Origin: Bacillota bacterium
GTDB lineage: Bacteria > Bacillota > Clostridia > Lachnospirales > Bianqueaceae
Assembly: GCA_017474705.1 (NCBI GenBank)
Contig: JAFVHC010000024.1
Coordinates: 1 to 41,450 of the forward strand
DNA: 41,450 nucleotides
Reading direction: 5' to 3'
Under the pieces are notes generated by a model. It ran no database searches and was not told where the DNA came from. It worked only from the letters and a program-made list of their open reading frames with translations. The position numbers and the translations under genes are program-made. This document shows positions 15,233 through 24,650 of the stretch, piece by piece (position 1 is the first letter of the stretch; every line of letters begins with the position of its first letter).

Positions 15233-16611
15233 GGCTCTTCACGCACCGGGGAGACCCGCAGTTTCCAGCGTCCGCTGATCAGATAGATGCTGCCGATGAC
15301 GAAGGGCATAAGCCCGGCAAACGCGTTGCCATACCAGAACCCACGGATGCCCCAGTTCAGGTAAACACCCAGCAGCAGCGCAAAGCCGATGCGGCAGATG
15401 ATGCCGTCCAGGATAGCGACCGTCAGGTTCAGGGCGGAATTGCTGGATCCGTTGATCAGTGCGAAGTTTGCGGGACGCAGGCTGGCGCCGGCATACTGGA
15501 TCAGCGCGACGGGGATATACGTCAAAGCCAATGTCAGGACCGCTTTGTCCGTCGTAAACAAGCCAAACAGCCACTCCGGCTTGAAGATCGTCAGGACCGC
15601 CATGATGATCGCCGGGACCAGGACCACAAAGAAGGCTGTGAACACCACCTTCGGTACGCGCTCCGTCTTGCGGCGGCCCAGCGCCTGAGCGATCATGGCA
15701 CCGCCCGCGGACGAGACCGCCTGCGACACGATATTGATGACGCTTTCCAGCTTGCGGGCCACGCCGGTGACCGCGACGGCCTCCACGCCGTAACTGTTGA
15801 CGTAACTATTGACGAACAGCATGGAGAAATGGATCGCCGCCGACTGGATGACCATGGGGATGCCCAGAGACATCAGCGGTTTGAAAACGTCGCCGTAGAT
15901 CCGGAAACTGTGTGGTTTGAAATCGAAACGGATCTCCGCCCGGTTTTTGTACAGCAGGCGCAAAGCAAAAATGAAGTTCACCGCCTGGCCGATGACGGTG
16001 CCGAGAGCAGCACCGAAAGCGCCCATCCCGAGGCCCGCCACGAAGACCAGATCCAGAATGATATTGATGATCGAAGCGATTGCGATGAACATGAAGGGAT
16101 GGCGGGAATCGCCCATGCCGCGCAGGATCGCGGAGACCAGGTTATAACCGTAGATGAATACCAGACCGGAGGCGCAGGTGATCACGTACTCCCGCGTCAT
16201 CTTCCAGGAAGCTTCCGGCGTGTTCAGCCAGTCCAGGATCTGCTTGTGCAGACCGAAGATCAGCACCATCATGACCACCGCCGCGGAGATCAGTAAGGTG
16301 AACAAGGTGCCCACCATCCGGCCCACGCGATCGTACCGTTCTTCCCCGATGTAACGGGAAATGGTGATCTGACCGGCATTGGAAAGGCCCATGGCAATGA
16401 ACGTCATCATCATGAGCAGGTCGCCGCCAATGGAGACCGCGGCCAGTCCGTTGGGGCCGACGAAGCGGCCGACCACCATCATGTCGACCATGTTGTACAC
16501 GGTCTGCAGAAGACCGGATAAGAACAGCGGCATCGCGAATTTCAGCAATGTTTTCGGAACCGATCCCACTGTCAGATCGCGGATCAGTTCATTCTTTTTT
16601 GTCTCTGCCAT
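15229..16611 (-). CDS. MATE family efflux transporter
   Basis: 460 aa and intact. The typical N-terminus is LTVGSVPKTLLKFAMPLFLSGLLQTVYNMVDMMVVGRFVG. Confidence 0.88.
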   Translation of the reverse strand: MAETKKNELIRDLTVGSVPKTLLKFAMPLFLSGLLQTVYNMVDMMVVGRFVGPNGLAAVSIGGDLLMMMTFIAMGLSNAGQITISRYIGEERYDRVGRMVGTLFTLLISAAVVMMVLIFGLHKQILDWLNTPEASWKMTREYVITCASGLVFIYGYNLVSAILRGMGDSRHPFMFIAIASIINIILDLVFVAGLGMGAFGAALGTVIGQAVNFIFALRLLYKNRAEIRFDFKPHSFRIYGDVFKPLMSLGIPMVIQSAAIHFSMLFVNSYVNSYGVEAVAVTGVARKLESVINIVSQAVSSAGGAMIAQALGRRKTERVPKVVFTAFFVVLVPAIIMAVLTIFKPEWLFGLFTTDKAVLTLALTYIPVALIQYAGASLRPANFALINGSSNSALNLTVAILDGIICRIGFALLLGVYLNWGIRGFWYGNAFAGLMPFVIGSIYLISGRWKLRVSPVREEP

Positions 16612-16725
16612 AGTATGCTCCTTATAATTAACCTATTAATTATTATACTAGATCCATTCTGTTTTGTAAACCGGAAAACTGAACAAATCGCGGAAAGCAC
16701 AGTTCTTTAAAATCAGGATATTACA

Positions 16726-16754
16726 TTGAAATACACCTTTGTCTATGCTAGAAT
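16726..16754 (+). promoter_or_regulatory. candidate promoter for the beta-helix/aminopeptidase operon
   Basis: TTGAAA (16726-16731), 17 nt, TAGAAT (16749-16754). Confidence 0.6.
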
Positions 16755-16801
16755 ATTTGAGAAATCATCCGTAAAAATGTTGATTGAAAGGAGATATTTC
16801 G

Positions 16802-18790
16802 ATGCAGTACTATGTAAAAGCTGATGCGCCTTTTGAAGGCAATGGCAGCAAAGAACGCCCGTTCCGCTACATCAACGATGCCGCCCGCATCGCCCTTCCG
16901 GGGGATGAAGTCCTGGTGGCACCCGGCATCTATCGTGAAACTGTCGATCCCCGGCATGCCGGCAAGGAAGACGCCCGCATCACCTATCGTTCTATAGAGC
17001 CCCTTGGCGCGGTCATCACCGGCGCTGAGCCGATCTGCGGATGGACCCCCTATGAAGGCAACGTCTGGACCGTTCGTGTGAACAACGGCGTATTCGGCGC
17101 CTACAACCCCTATACCACCTACGTCTGCGGCGACTGGTATTTCGCTCCGACCGTCCGCCACACCGGCGCCGTCTTCTTCAACGACGCAATGATGTACGAG
17201 ACCGTTACGTTGGATGAATGCATCGCCGCCGAGGCGGATCCCTGCGCTTGGGACGCCGAGGCTTCCACCTGGAAATGGTACACCGAGCAGGATGGCGATG
17301 AGACCGTTCTGTACGCCAACTTCCACGGCAAGGACCCGAACCAGGAAAAGACCGAGATCCTGGTGCGCCGCAACTGCTTCATGCCGGAACAGGAAGGCAT
17401 CAGCTACATCACCGTCAGCGGTTTCGATATCAACAAAGCCGCGACCACATGGGCACCGCCGGCCGCTTATCAGGACGGTATGATCGGCCCCCACTGGTCC
17501 AAAGGCTGGATCATCGAGGACTGCGAGATCTGGGGCAGCAAGTGCTGCGGCATCTCCCTGGGCAAATACCTCGACCCGGAGAACGACATGTACTTCTATA
17601 CCAAGCGCGTCAAGAGCCCGACCCAGATGGAGCGTGACGCTGTCTGCCGCGGTCAGTACCATGGCTGGCTGAAGGAAAATATCGGCAGCCACATCATCCG
17701 CCGCTGCAACGTCCATCATTGCGAACAGACCGGTATCGTCGGCCGCATGGGCGCGGTCTTCTCCACCATCGAGGACTGCCATATCCACCACGTCTGCAAC
17801 TCGCAGCAGCTGGGCGGCGCCGAGACTGCCGGCATCAAACTGCACGCCGCCATCGACGTTACGATCCGCCGCAATCATATCCACAACTGCATCATGGGCG
17901 TATGGCTGGACTGGGAGGCACAGGGTGCCCGCATCAGCCAGAACCTGATGTACAACAACCAGAAGCCGGAAGGTGTTGGACATGCGATGGGCGCCATGTT
18001 CAACTGCGATGTCTTCGTGGAAGTCGGCCATGGTCCCACATTGGTCGACAACAACATCCTTCTTTCCAAGGTCTCCTTCGTCCTGCCGTCTCAGGGACAG
18101 GCTTTCGTCCACAACCTGGCCTGCGGATCCTTCGGCCTGATCAACTCCGGTGTCGATAGTGTCATCAACGGGCAGCGTGAGCCGCGCTACACCCCGTACC
18201 ACATCCGCCACCGCACCGAAGTCGCCGGCTTCATGACCATCCTGCATGGCGACGATCGCATCTACAACAATATCTTCTTCCAGAAGTACCCGGTCACGGA
18301 TCCGGAGAAGACCCCGCAGAACAACGATTACGAAGTCGTCGGTACCGCCTGCTTCGACATCTTCCCGTCCTATGAGGAGTGGTACGCCAACTTCCAGATG
18401 GGTGAGGAGCCGCACATGGGCAAACTGGCGCTGACGCATTTCGGCCATCTGCCGGTCTGGGTCGACGGCAATGCGTATCTGAACGGTGCTGACATCAGTA
18501 AGCACGACACCAATTACGTCGCACCGGAAGCCACGGACGTATACTGCGACCTGGTCGAGGAAGACGGCGGTCTGGTGCTGAAGACCAACATCTTCGATCT
18601 GATCGGTGATTTCCGCACCGGCGTGATCAATTCGGACATCCTGGGCAAGGCTTTCGAGCCGGAGCAGCGCTTCGAGGAGCCGGATGGCACCGCGATCATC
18701 TTCAATACGGACTATTTCGGCAACCATGCCGGCGTATCCGTGATCCCCGGACCGTTCGTCGAAGGCGGCACATCGATCCGTGTATTATAA
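16802..18790 (+). CDS. right-handed parallel beta-helix repeat protein (polysaccharide lyase/hydrolase-like), cytoplasmic
   Basis: The ATG at 16802 follows AAAGGAG. Repetitive beta-helix turns are visible (IIRRCNVHHCEQTGIVG, IEDCHIHHV, IRRNHIHNCIMGVWLDW, ISQNLMYNN). No signal peptide. The minus ORF 16748..18727 is its antisense shadow. Confidence 0.7.
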   Translation: MQYYVKADAPFEGNGSKERPFRYINDAARIALPGDEVLVAPGIYRETVDPRHAGKEDARITYRSIEPLGAVITGAEPICGWTPYEGNVWTVRVNNGVFGAYNPYTTYVCGDWYFAPTVRHTGAVFFNDAMMYETVTLDECIAAEADPCAWDAEASTWKWYTEQDGDETVLYANFHGKDPNQEKTEILVRRNCFMPEQEGISYITVSGFDINKAATTWAPPAAYQDGMIGPHWSKGWIIEDCEIWGSKCCGISLGKYLDPENDMYFYTKRVKSPTQMERDAVCRGQYHGWLKENIGSHIIRRCNVHHCEQTGIVGRMGAVFSTIEDCHIHHVCNSQQLGGAETAGIKLHAAIDVTIRRNHIHNCIMGVWLDWEAQGARISQNLMYNNQKPEGVGHAMGAMFNCDVFVEVGHGPTLVDNNILLSKVSFVLPSQGQAFVHNLACGSFGLINSGVDSVINGQREPRYTPYHIRHRTEVAGFMTILHGDDRIYNNIFFQKYPVTDPEKTPQNNDYEVVGTACFDIFPSYEEWYANFQMGEEPHMGKLALTHFGHLPVWVDGNAYLNGADISKHDTNYVAPEATDVYCDLVEEDGGLVLKTNIFDLIGDFRTGVINSDILGKAFEPEQRFEEPDGTAIIFNTDYFGNHAGVSVIPGPFVEGGTSIRVL

Positions 18791-18802
18791 GGGAGATTAT
18801 TG

Positions 18803-20038
18803 ATGAAAAAAACGATCTTAAAACAATATGCCCGTCTCATCGCGACGATGGGCGGCAACGTCCAGAAGGGCCAGGATGTGATGATCAACGCATCGCTGGA
18901 TCAGCCGGAATTCGTGCAGATGCTGGTGGAAGAATGCTACCGTGCCGGCGCCCGCAAGGTGCGCGTCGACTGGAGCTATCCTTCTTTGACCAAGGTACAC
19001 GCCCGCTGGCAGAAGGAAAAGGTCCTGTCCGAAGTGACCGAGTGGGAACGTGCCCGCATGCAGGAGACGGTCGACCGTCTGCCTGTGCGCATCTTCCTGG
19101 CCAGTGATGATCCCGATGGCCTGAAGGGCATCAACCGCAAGTTCTTCGGCGCCATGCAGAAGCGCGCGGCCGTGATGAAACCCTATCGCGACGCCATCGA
19201 CAACAAGCATCAGTGGTGCATCGCCGCGGTGCCGGGCGAGGCCTGGGCCAAGAAGCTGTACCCCAAGCTGAGCCGCCGTCAGGCCGTCGAGCAGCTTTGG
19301 AAAGACATCCTGCTGACCTCCCGCGCGGATGGTGAGACCTTCGGTCCGGACCCGGTCGAGAACTGGGTCAAGCACAATGAGGACCTGAAAGAACGCTGCA
19401 AGTACCTGAACTCTCTGGACCTGCGCAAACTCTGCTACCGCTCCGCCAACGGTACCGACTTCTCCGTCGAACTGATGCCGGAAAGCCGCTTCCATGGCGG
19501 TTCGGACTTCACGCTGAGCGGCGTTGAGTTCAATCCGAACATTCCTTCTGAAGAAGCCTTCACTTCTCCGGACCGCCGCACGGCGGAAGGCATCGTCTAC
19601 TCCACCAAGCCCCTTTCCTTCCAGGGCCAGTTGATCGAGAATTTCTGGATCCGCTTCCAGGAAGGCCGCGCTGTGGAATGGGATGCCGAGAAAGGCAAGG
19701 AAGTGCTGGACTACCTCATCAACATGGATGAAGGCAGCCACTATCTCGGTGAAGTCGCTCTGGTTCCCAAGGAATCGCCGATCAACACCTCCGGCGTCCT
19801 CTTCTACAACACCCTGTTCGATGAAAACGCCGCCTGCCACCTGGCCCTCGGCGCCGGCTTCAACGAATGTGTCGAAGGTTTCCAGAACCTGTCAGAAGAA
19901 GAGTTGGCAGCGAAGGGGCTGAACGATTCTCTGAGCCACACGGACTTCATGATCGGATCGGAGGACCTGTCCATCGACGGTATCACCGCATCCGGTGAAA
20001 CCATCGCCATCTTCCGTGACGGGACCTGGGCGTTCTGA
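18803..20038 (+). CDS. M29-family aminopeptidase (AmpS/PepS-like)
   Basis: 411 aa. The N-terminus LKQYARLIATMGGNVQKGQDVMINASLDQPEFVQMLVEECYRAGARKV is typical of aminopeptidase II/T. It begins 13 nt after the upstream stop. Confidence 0.8.
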   Translation: MKKTILKQYARLIATMGGNVQKGQDVMINASLDQPEFVQMLVEECYRAGARKVRVDWSYPSLTKVHARWQKEKVLSEVTEWERARMQETVDRLPVRIFLASDDPDGLKGINRKFFGAMQKRAAVMKPYRDAIDNKHQWCIAAVPGEAWAKKLYPKLSRRQAVEQLWKDILLTSRADGETFGPDPVENWVKHNEDLKERCKYLNSLDLRKLCYRSANGTDFSVELMPESRFHGGSDFTLSGVEFNPNIPSEEAFTSPDRRTAEGIVYSTKPLSFQGQLIENFWIRFQEGRAVEWDAEKGKEVLDYLINMDEGSHYLGEVALVPKESPINTSGVLFYNTLFDENAACHLALGAGFNECVEGFQNLSEEELAAKGLNDSLSHTDFMIGSEDLSIDGITASGETIAIFRDGTWAF

Positions 20039-20060
20039 GGCCGATTTTTGAGCAAAACTA

Positions 20061-20092
20061 AGCGCTCTCACACAATGTGGGAGCGCTTTTTG
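20061..20092. terminator. bidirectional intrinsic terminator between convergent genes
   Basis: AGCGCUCUCAC-ACAAU-GUGGGAGCGCU followed by UUUUUG on the plus strand. On the minus strand the same stem is followed by UUAGUUUUG. Confidence 0.8.
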
Positions 20093-20136
20093 TAATGAGA
20101 GCAAGAGAAATATCTTCTCCGGCGGAGCAACAGTTG

Positions 20137-20796
20137 CTATCGCCGCAGATACTCCGCCGACACCGGAAAATTGAAATAGGTGTCCGGATAAGGCTCGTTT
20201 TCCAAGGTGAAATGCCACCATTCGCAGTCCAGCGGCTTGAAACCGTTGCGGACCATGACCTTCTGCAGCATCATGCGGTTGGCGAATTGTTCGTCCGTGA
20301 TGCCGCGGTAGTCCGGATGGGAAAGTTCACTGAAATAGTCAAAGGGGCCGCCCATATCCACTTCTTTGCCGGTCTTCATATCCAGCAGTGTCAGATCGAT
20401 CGTGCTGCCGCGGCTGTGGCCGCTCTTTTTAGCGATATAGCCTTCGACGAAGAGCGCTCCCTTTTCCAGATCCGGGTAAAAGTAAGGCTTCATGCGGACG
20501 TCCTGATCTTCGATGCCCCAGAGCACGAAGTGCTTGACCGCGCAGGCCGGGCGATAGGCGTCGAACACCTTCAGCCTATACCCCTGCACGAACATTTCGT
20601 TGCTGACACCCTTCAGAGCCCTGGCCGCTTCCTTCGTCAAAAGTGCCACCGGCTCCTCATACCCATCGATCCGATCGCCGATGAAGTTATAGGTCGAATA
20701 ATAGCGGATCTCCTGGATGATGTGCGGTATGTATTCAGCCAGTACGACAAAGCCTGATGGGTCCATCGTTACGTCGTTTTTATATTCTGCCCTCAT
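20137..20796 (-). CDS. M15D D-alanyl-D-alanine dipeptidase (DdpX/VanX-type)
   Basis: 219 aa. Motifs seen: IRYYSTYNFIG, VFDAYRP, SGHSRGSTIDLTL, EWWHFTL. Confidence 0.8.
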   Translation of the reverse strand: MRAEYKNDVTMDPSGFVVLAEYIPHIIQEIRYYSTYNFIGDRIDGYEEPVALLTKEAARALKGVSNEMFVQGYRLKVFDAYRPACAVKHFVLWGIEDQDVRMKPYFYPDLEKGALFVEGYIAKKSGHSRGSTIDLTLLDMKTGKEVDMGGPFDYFSELSHPDYRGITDEQFANRMMLQKVMVRNGFKPLDCEWWHFTLENEPYPDTYFNFPVSAEYLRR

Positions 20797-20799
20797 GTT

Positions 20800-22560
20800 T
20801 CAGCTCCTATTGATAGATTCCACGATCCGCCGGACGTTTTCAAACTCTTCCGGCAGGAGTTTCTGCAATTTGCGGTCGTAACTGAACAGCCCGTTGGTTT
20901 CATCCTCCACGTCGGAGACCTGGGTATAGACTACCGCACAAAGTCCTTTGGAGATCAGCGGTATCAGTTTCTTTTCATACATTTGCACGATGGCCTCTGC
21001 CAGTGACGGCCGGTCTTTGAACTTGCGGTACCCGTACATGTATTCCGGGTTGAAGGCGTGGCCATCCGGCCGCCAGGCCAGTCCGCCGCATTCACTGAGC
21101 ACGAAAGGCCGGCCTGTTTTATGTACCCGCAGTTTAAAGAAATAATTATGGCAGCTTTCCACGTCGGTCTTGAGCCCGTGGGGATGGAACCAGCCGGAAG
21201 CTGTGTCGATCCAGCGGGTATCGTCCTCATGGCGCAGCTGCATGTAGGCCTCCGTGCCGCAGAACTGCCCCCATCCCTCGTTGAAGATCGTCCAGCAAAC
21301 GATGGATGGATGCTCCTTCAATTGCTGCACCGTGGCCGTCATGCCCTCCAGGAAACATTTGCGTGCGGAAGGATCCGTGTGCAACTTTCGATCGCTGCGA
21401 CAGTGGATGGCAAGCGTCGGAAGGATCGTATCCCGCTTGAAATCATAATCACCGTTCTGCACCATATCCTGGAAGACCGCGATGCCCAGCCGGTCGCAGT
21501 CATAATAGAACAGCTCCGGTTCCACTTTGATGTGCTTGCGCAGCATGTTGAAGCCCAGCGCCTTGACCTTCAGGATCTCCTCCTCGAACTGGGCGGGATC
21601 TGCCGGGGTCCACAGACCGTCCGGCCAATATCCCTGATCCAACAGACCGTGGAAGAAATATGGTTTCCCGTTCAGACAAAGGCGCGGAACGCCATCGACG
21701 GTCCTGGTATCCAGTGTGCGCAGAGCGAAATAACTTTGCACCGCATCGCCGGAGGTGGCCTGCACGGCAAACTCGTACAAATACGGATCTTCCGGACGCC
21801 AGAGGCGCGGATGCCGGATGAAGAGTTCGGCCCAGCCTTCGGTCAGCGGCAGGGTCAGCTCCCCAAACACGACCTGGCCTTCAGAGATCCCTTCCGCCGA
21901 GATCATGACGCGCCAGGCACCGTCCGCTTCCCTCACGGTCTTCGTATGGACTGCCTGGATATATGCCTGCGGCACCGTCTCCATCCATACGGTCTGCCAG
22001 ATGCCGGAACAGGGCGTGTACCACATGCCGCCGCGCGTCAAGGACTGCTTGCCGTATGGGTATTCGAAAGTTCCGAGATGATCGTGCACCTGGATGATCA
22101 GTTCCGCAGAGCCTTCTGCGGGCATAAGATCCGTCAGTTCTGCGGTGAAGGCTTCATATCCGCCCTGGTGCGTGTAACCATTGTCACTCGTGCCATGCAC
22201 CAGCGGTGCCCGCCGTCCATCCACCCAGACCACGGCCGTCTGATCCGCCGCGCCAACGTGCAGCAGCACCCGTTCTCCATCCTTGCCAAACGGTGGCTCC
22301 AGACGCAGCCGATACCACAGGAAACTTCCGTCCGGGACCGCTTCTTCGATACCGGACAAGGCAGACTCAGGCACGAAGGGGACGCGGATCCTCCGTTCAA
22401 AGCGCTGGGGCGGCCGTTCGTCTGAAGTAATGGCAAAGTCCCACCAGCCATTCAGGTTGCGAAAACTGTCCCGCACCATCTGCGGTCGGGGATACTGAGG
22501 CCATGGCTGTGCATCCGACCGGAGCAGCGCCTCACCTTGTACAGTCAATAATCGTTCCAT
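20800..22560 (-). CDS. glycoside hydrolase family 2
   Basis: Trimmed to MERLLTVQGE (ATG 22560). It has an N-terminal sugar-binding-like region and a TIM-barrel block HPSIVCWTIFNEGWGQF. No signal peptide. Confidence 0.72.
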   Translation of the reverse strand: MERLLTVQGEALLRSDAQPWPQYPRPQMVRDSFRNLNGWWDFAITSDERPPQRFERRIRVPFVPESALSGIEEAVPDGSFLWYRLRLEPPFGKDGERVLLHVGAADQTAVVWVDGRRAPLVHGTSDNGYTHQGGYEAFTAELTDLMPAEGSAELIIQVHDHLGTFEYPYGKQSLTRGGMWYTPCSGIWQTVWMETVPQAYIQAVHTKTVREADGAWRVMISAEGISEGQVVFGELTLPLTEGWAELFIRHPRLWRPEDPYLYEFAVQATSGDAVQSYFALRTLDTRTVDGVPRLCLNGKPYFFHGLLDQGYWPDGLWTPADPAQFEEEILKVKALGFNMLRKHIKVEPELFYYDCDRLGIAVFQDMVQNGDYDFKRDTILPTLAIHCRSDRKLHTDPSARKCFLEGMTATVQQLKEHPSIVCWTIFNEGWGQFCGTEAYMQLRHEDDTRWIDTASGWFHPHGLKTDVESCHNYFFKLRVHKTGRPFVLSECGGLAWRPDGHAFNPEYMYGYRKFKDRPSLAEAIVQMYEKKLIPLISKGLCAVVYTQVSDVEDETNGLFSYDRKLQKLLPEEFENVRRIVESINRS

Positions 22561-22561
22561 T

Positions 22562-24589
22562 CTATTCCTGATCTTCTTTCTGCAAACGATTCCATGCATA
22601 GATCAGCCACGGCTGCCGGCCATCACGCAGGAACAGCGGGATCACGTCCAACGGCGCATCCACGGTGATCCTCTGCCCACCTTCGAACACTTCTCCGGTC
22701 GGCACATAGGTCCAGGAAGCGCCTGCCGGCAGATAGACCGCCCGCTCATAGGCTTCTTCCTGGCAGACCGGCGCCACCAGGATGTCTCTGCCGAACAAGT
22801 ACTGATCTTTGACCTCCCATGCGGCGGCATCTTCCGGGAATTCGTAGAACAGGGTCCGCATGACAGGCGTACCCTTCTCGTGCGCTTCCGCCATCACGGT
22901 GCGGGTGTAGTCCCGCATGGCTTCCCGCAGGAAGATGTACTTCTTCATGATCCTGAAGTTTTCTTCTCCATAGCTCCAGATCTCGTTCGGAGCGCCGGTC
23001 CACTCGCGGACCTCACCTGACTTGTCCACGACCTGACTGTGGGGATTGCGGGATCCATGGATCCGCATGACCGGGCAGAAGGTCCCGTACTCGAACCAGC
23101 GGATCAGCAGCTTGCGGAAGCTCTCATCTTCCACGTTGCCGTTATGGAAACCGCCGATGTCCGTGGTCCACCAGGGGATGCCCGCCAGGCCCATGTTCAA
23201 GCCGGCGCAGATCTGCTTGCGGAAATCCTCATAGGTCGACATGATGTCCCCGGACCACACCAGTGCACCGTAGCGCTGCGAGCCTGCCCAGGCACAGCGG
23301 ATCAGATTGACGATGTCATCCTGGCCATCCGCCTTCTGACCTTCATAGAACAATCTGGCATATTCTCTGGGATAGATGTTGCCGGTCTCCAGGACGGAGC
23401 CCGCCGCGTAATGATAATTCTCATAGGCATAGCCACGGAACTCCGGCTCCGCCTCATCCAGCCAGAAGGTCCTGATGCCCAGAGAACCATAATTCTCTTT
23501 GATCTTGTTCCAGACGTATGCTCTTGTGCGGGGATTGGTCGGATCCATGAAGACATTGTTGCCGTGGAAGTCCATCTGCACGTCTACACCGGAGCCCACG
23601 CGCACCAGCATGCCCTGCTGCTTCAGTTCATCGTAGTTCTCGCTGCGCCAGTCGACCTGCGGCCAGATGGAGACCATGGTCTCGATGCCAAGATCGTGCA
23701 GTTCGCGCACCATAGGCTCGGGATCCGGGAAATATTCCGGATCGAACTTCCAGTCGCCGCAGCGCAGCCAGTGATAATAATCGATGACCAGCACGTCCAC
23801 CGGCACGCCCAGTTCATGGTACTTCCGGGCGATCTCAAGGACTTCTTCCTGGTTATAATAGCGCAGTTTGCACTGCCAGAAGCCCAGGCCGTATTCCGGC
23901 ATCATCGGTGCCGTACCGACGACCTTGGCATAGTTTTCCTCGATCGCGGCGGGTGTGTCCCCCGCAGTGATCCAATAGTCCAGCTGACGGGTGGTCTCCG
24001 CGATCCATTCCGTCACATTCAGGCCAAAGTGCACCGCACCGATCGCCGCATTGTTCCACAGGAAACCATAGCCGCGGCTGGAGACCATAAAGGGGACGCT
24101 CGCCTGGGAATTGCGGTGCGCCAGCTCCAGGACGCAGCCCTTCAGATCCAGACGCTCCTGCTGATACTGGCCCATGCCGAAGATCTTCTCTTCCGGATCG
24201 GAGATGAAGCTGGCCTTCAGACGGTAGCCGCCGCCAGGCAGCGGCTGGAACAGACGGGCTTTCTTCTCCAGCGCACCGCCGTTGGTGATCTCCTGCAGCA
24301 AGACTTTCCCATCCGTATTTTTGAAGGTGATCTGCAGGGCACGGCCCCACTCCTGTACGTGCAGGTCCGCTATGATCTTACCATTCCGGATCGTTGCGTC
24401 CTGATCCCCGATCTCGATCGTGACGTCTTCTACGGGATCCACGTCCAGCAGCGCTGCACTGCCGGGCTTGATCTCCCCTAAAAACGTGGATCGTATTCGA
24501 AAACTATCCGGTCCCCACGGCGTGATGACCAGAGTTTCTCCATTCTCCCGAAAGATCAGTTCGGAACCTTTTTGCTCAAAAAACCGCAT
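22562..24589 (-). CDS. glycoside hydrolase family 31 (alpha-xylosidase/alpha-glucosidase-like)
   Basis: 675 aa. Blocks seen: VLVIDYYHW, FWLDEAEPE, WTTDIGGF. No signal peptide. Confidence 0.8.
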   Translation of the reverse strand: MRFFEQKGSELIFRENGETLVITPWGPDSFRIRSTFLGEIKPGSAALLDVDPVEDVTIEIGDQDATIRNGKIIADLHVQEWGRALQITFKNTDGKVLLQEITNGGALEKKARLFQPLPGGGYRLKASFISDPEEKIFGMGQYQQERLDLKGCVLELAHRNSQASVPFMVSSRGYGFLWNNAAIGAVHFGLNVTEWIAETTRQLDYWITAGDTPAAIEENYAKVVGTAPMMPEYGLGFWQCKLRYYNQEEVLEIARKYHELGVPVDVLVIDYYHWLRCGDWKFDPEYFPDPEPMVRELHDLGIETMVSIWPQVDWRSENYDELKQQGMLVRVGSGVDVQMDFHGNNVFMDPTNPRTRAYVWNKIKENYGSLGIRTFWLDEAEPEFRGYAYENYHYAAGSVLETGNIYPREYARLFYEGQKADGQDDIVNLIRCAWAGSQRYGALVWSGDIMSTYEDFRKQICAGLNMGLAGIPWWTTDIGGFHNGNVEDESFRKLLIRWFEYGTFCPVMRIHGSRNPHSQVVDKSGEVREWTGAPNEIWSYGEENFRIMKKYIFLREAMRDYTRTVMAEAHEKGTPVMRTLFYEFPEDAAAWEVKDQYLFGRDILVAPVCQEEAYERAVYLPAGASWTYVPTGEVFEGGQRITVDAPLDVIPLFLRDGRQPWLIYAWNRLQKEDQE

Positions 24590-24650
24590 GTCAATATTTC
24601 CTTTCCCCGAGTTTCATGGTAAGATAATACTATATAAAAGGAGGTACATC

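Noticed and set aside
16624-16643. AT-only palindrome ATAATTAA-CCTA-TTAATTAT in the MATE leader as an operator
   Set aside because: It lies in an AT-rich promoter region where such palindromes arise easily, and no cognate regulator is adjacent. I noted it but it is not supportable as a feature.
16748-18727. 659-aa minus-strand ORF fully overlapping the beta-helix gene. Similar long antisense ORFs occur at 66-572, 1950-2756, 10068-11159, 13325-14335, 21058-22425, 23039-24481, 27452-29671, 33113-33730 and 37995-38903.
   Set aside because: Each lies opposite a gene with clear family motifs. Their translations are Asp/Val/Ala/Gly/Arg/Leu-rich with no motifs, RBS or sensible start. GC3-biased sense genes avoid the TTA/CTA/TCA codons, and this leaves the codon-aligned antisense frame stop-free. 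They vanish in the AT-richer tail, as expected for a compositional artefact.
20137-20796. VanX as a marker of a vancomycin-resistance cluster
   Set aside because: No vanH, vanA/B ligase, vanR/S or vanY/Z genes are nearby. It is operonic with glycoside hydrolases, so a DdpX-like nutritional dipeptidase is more plausible.
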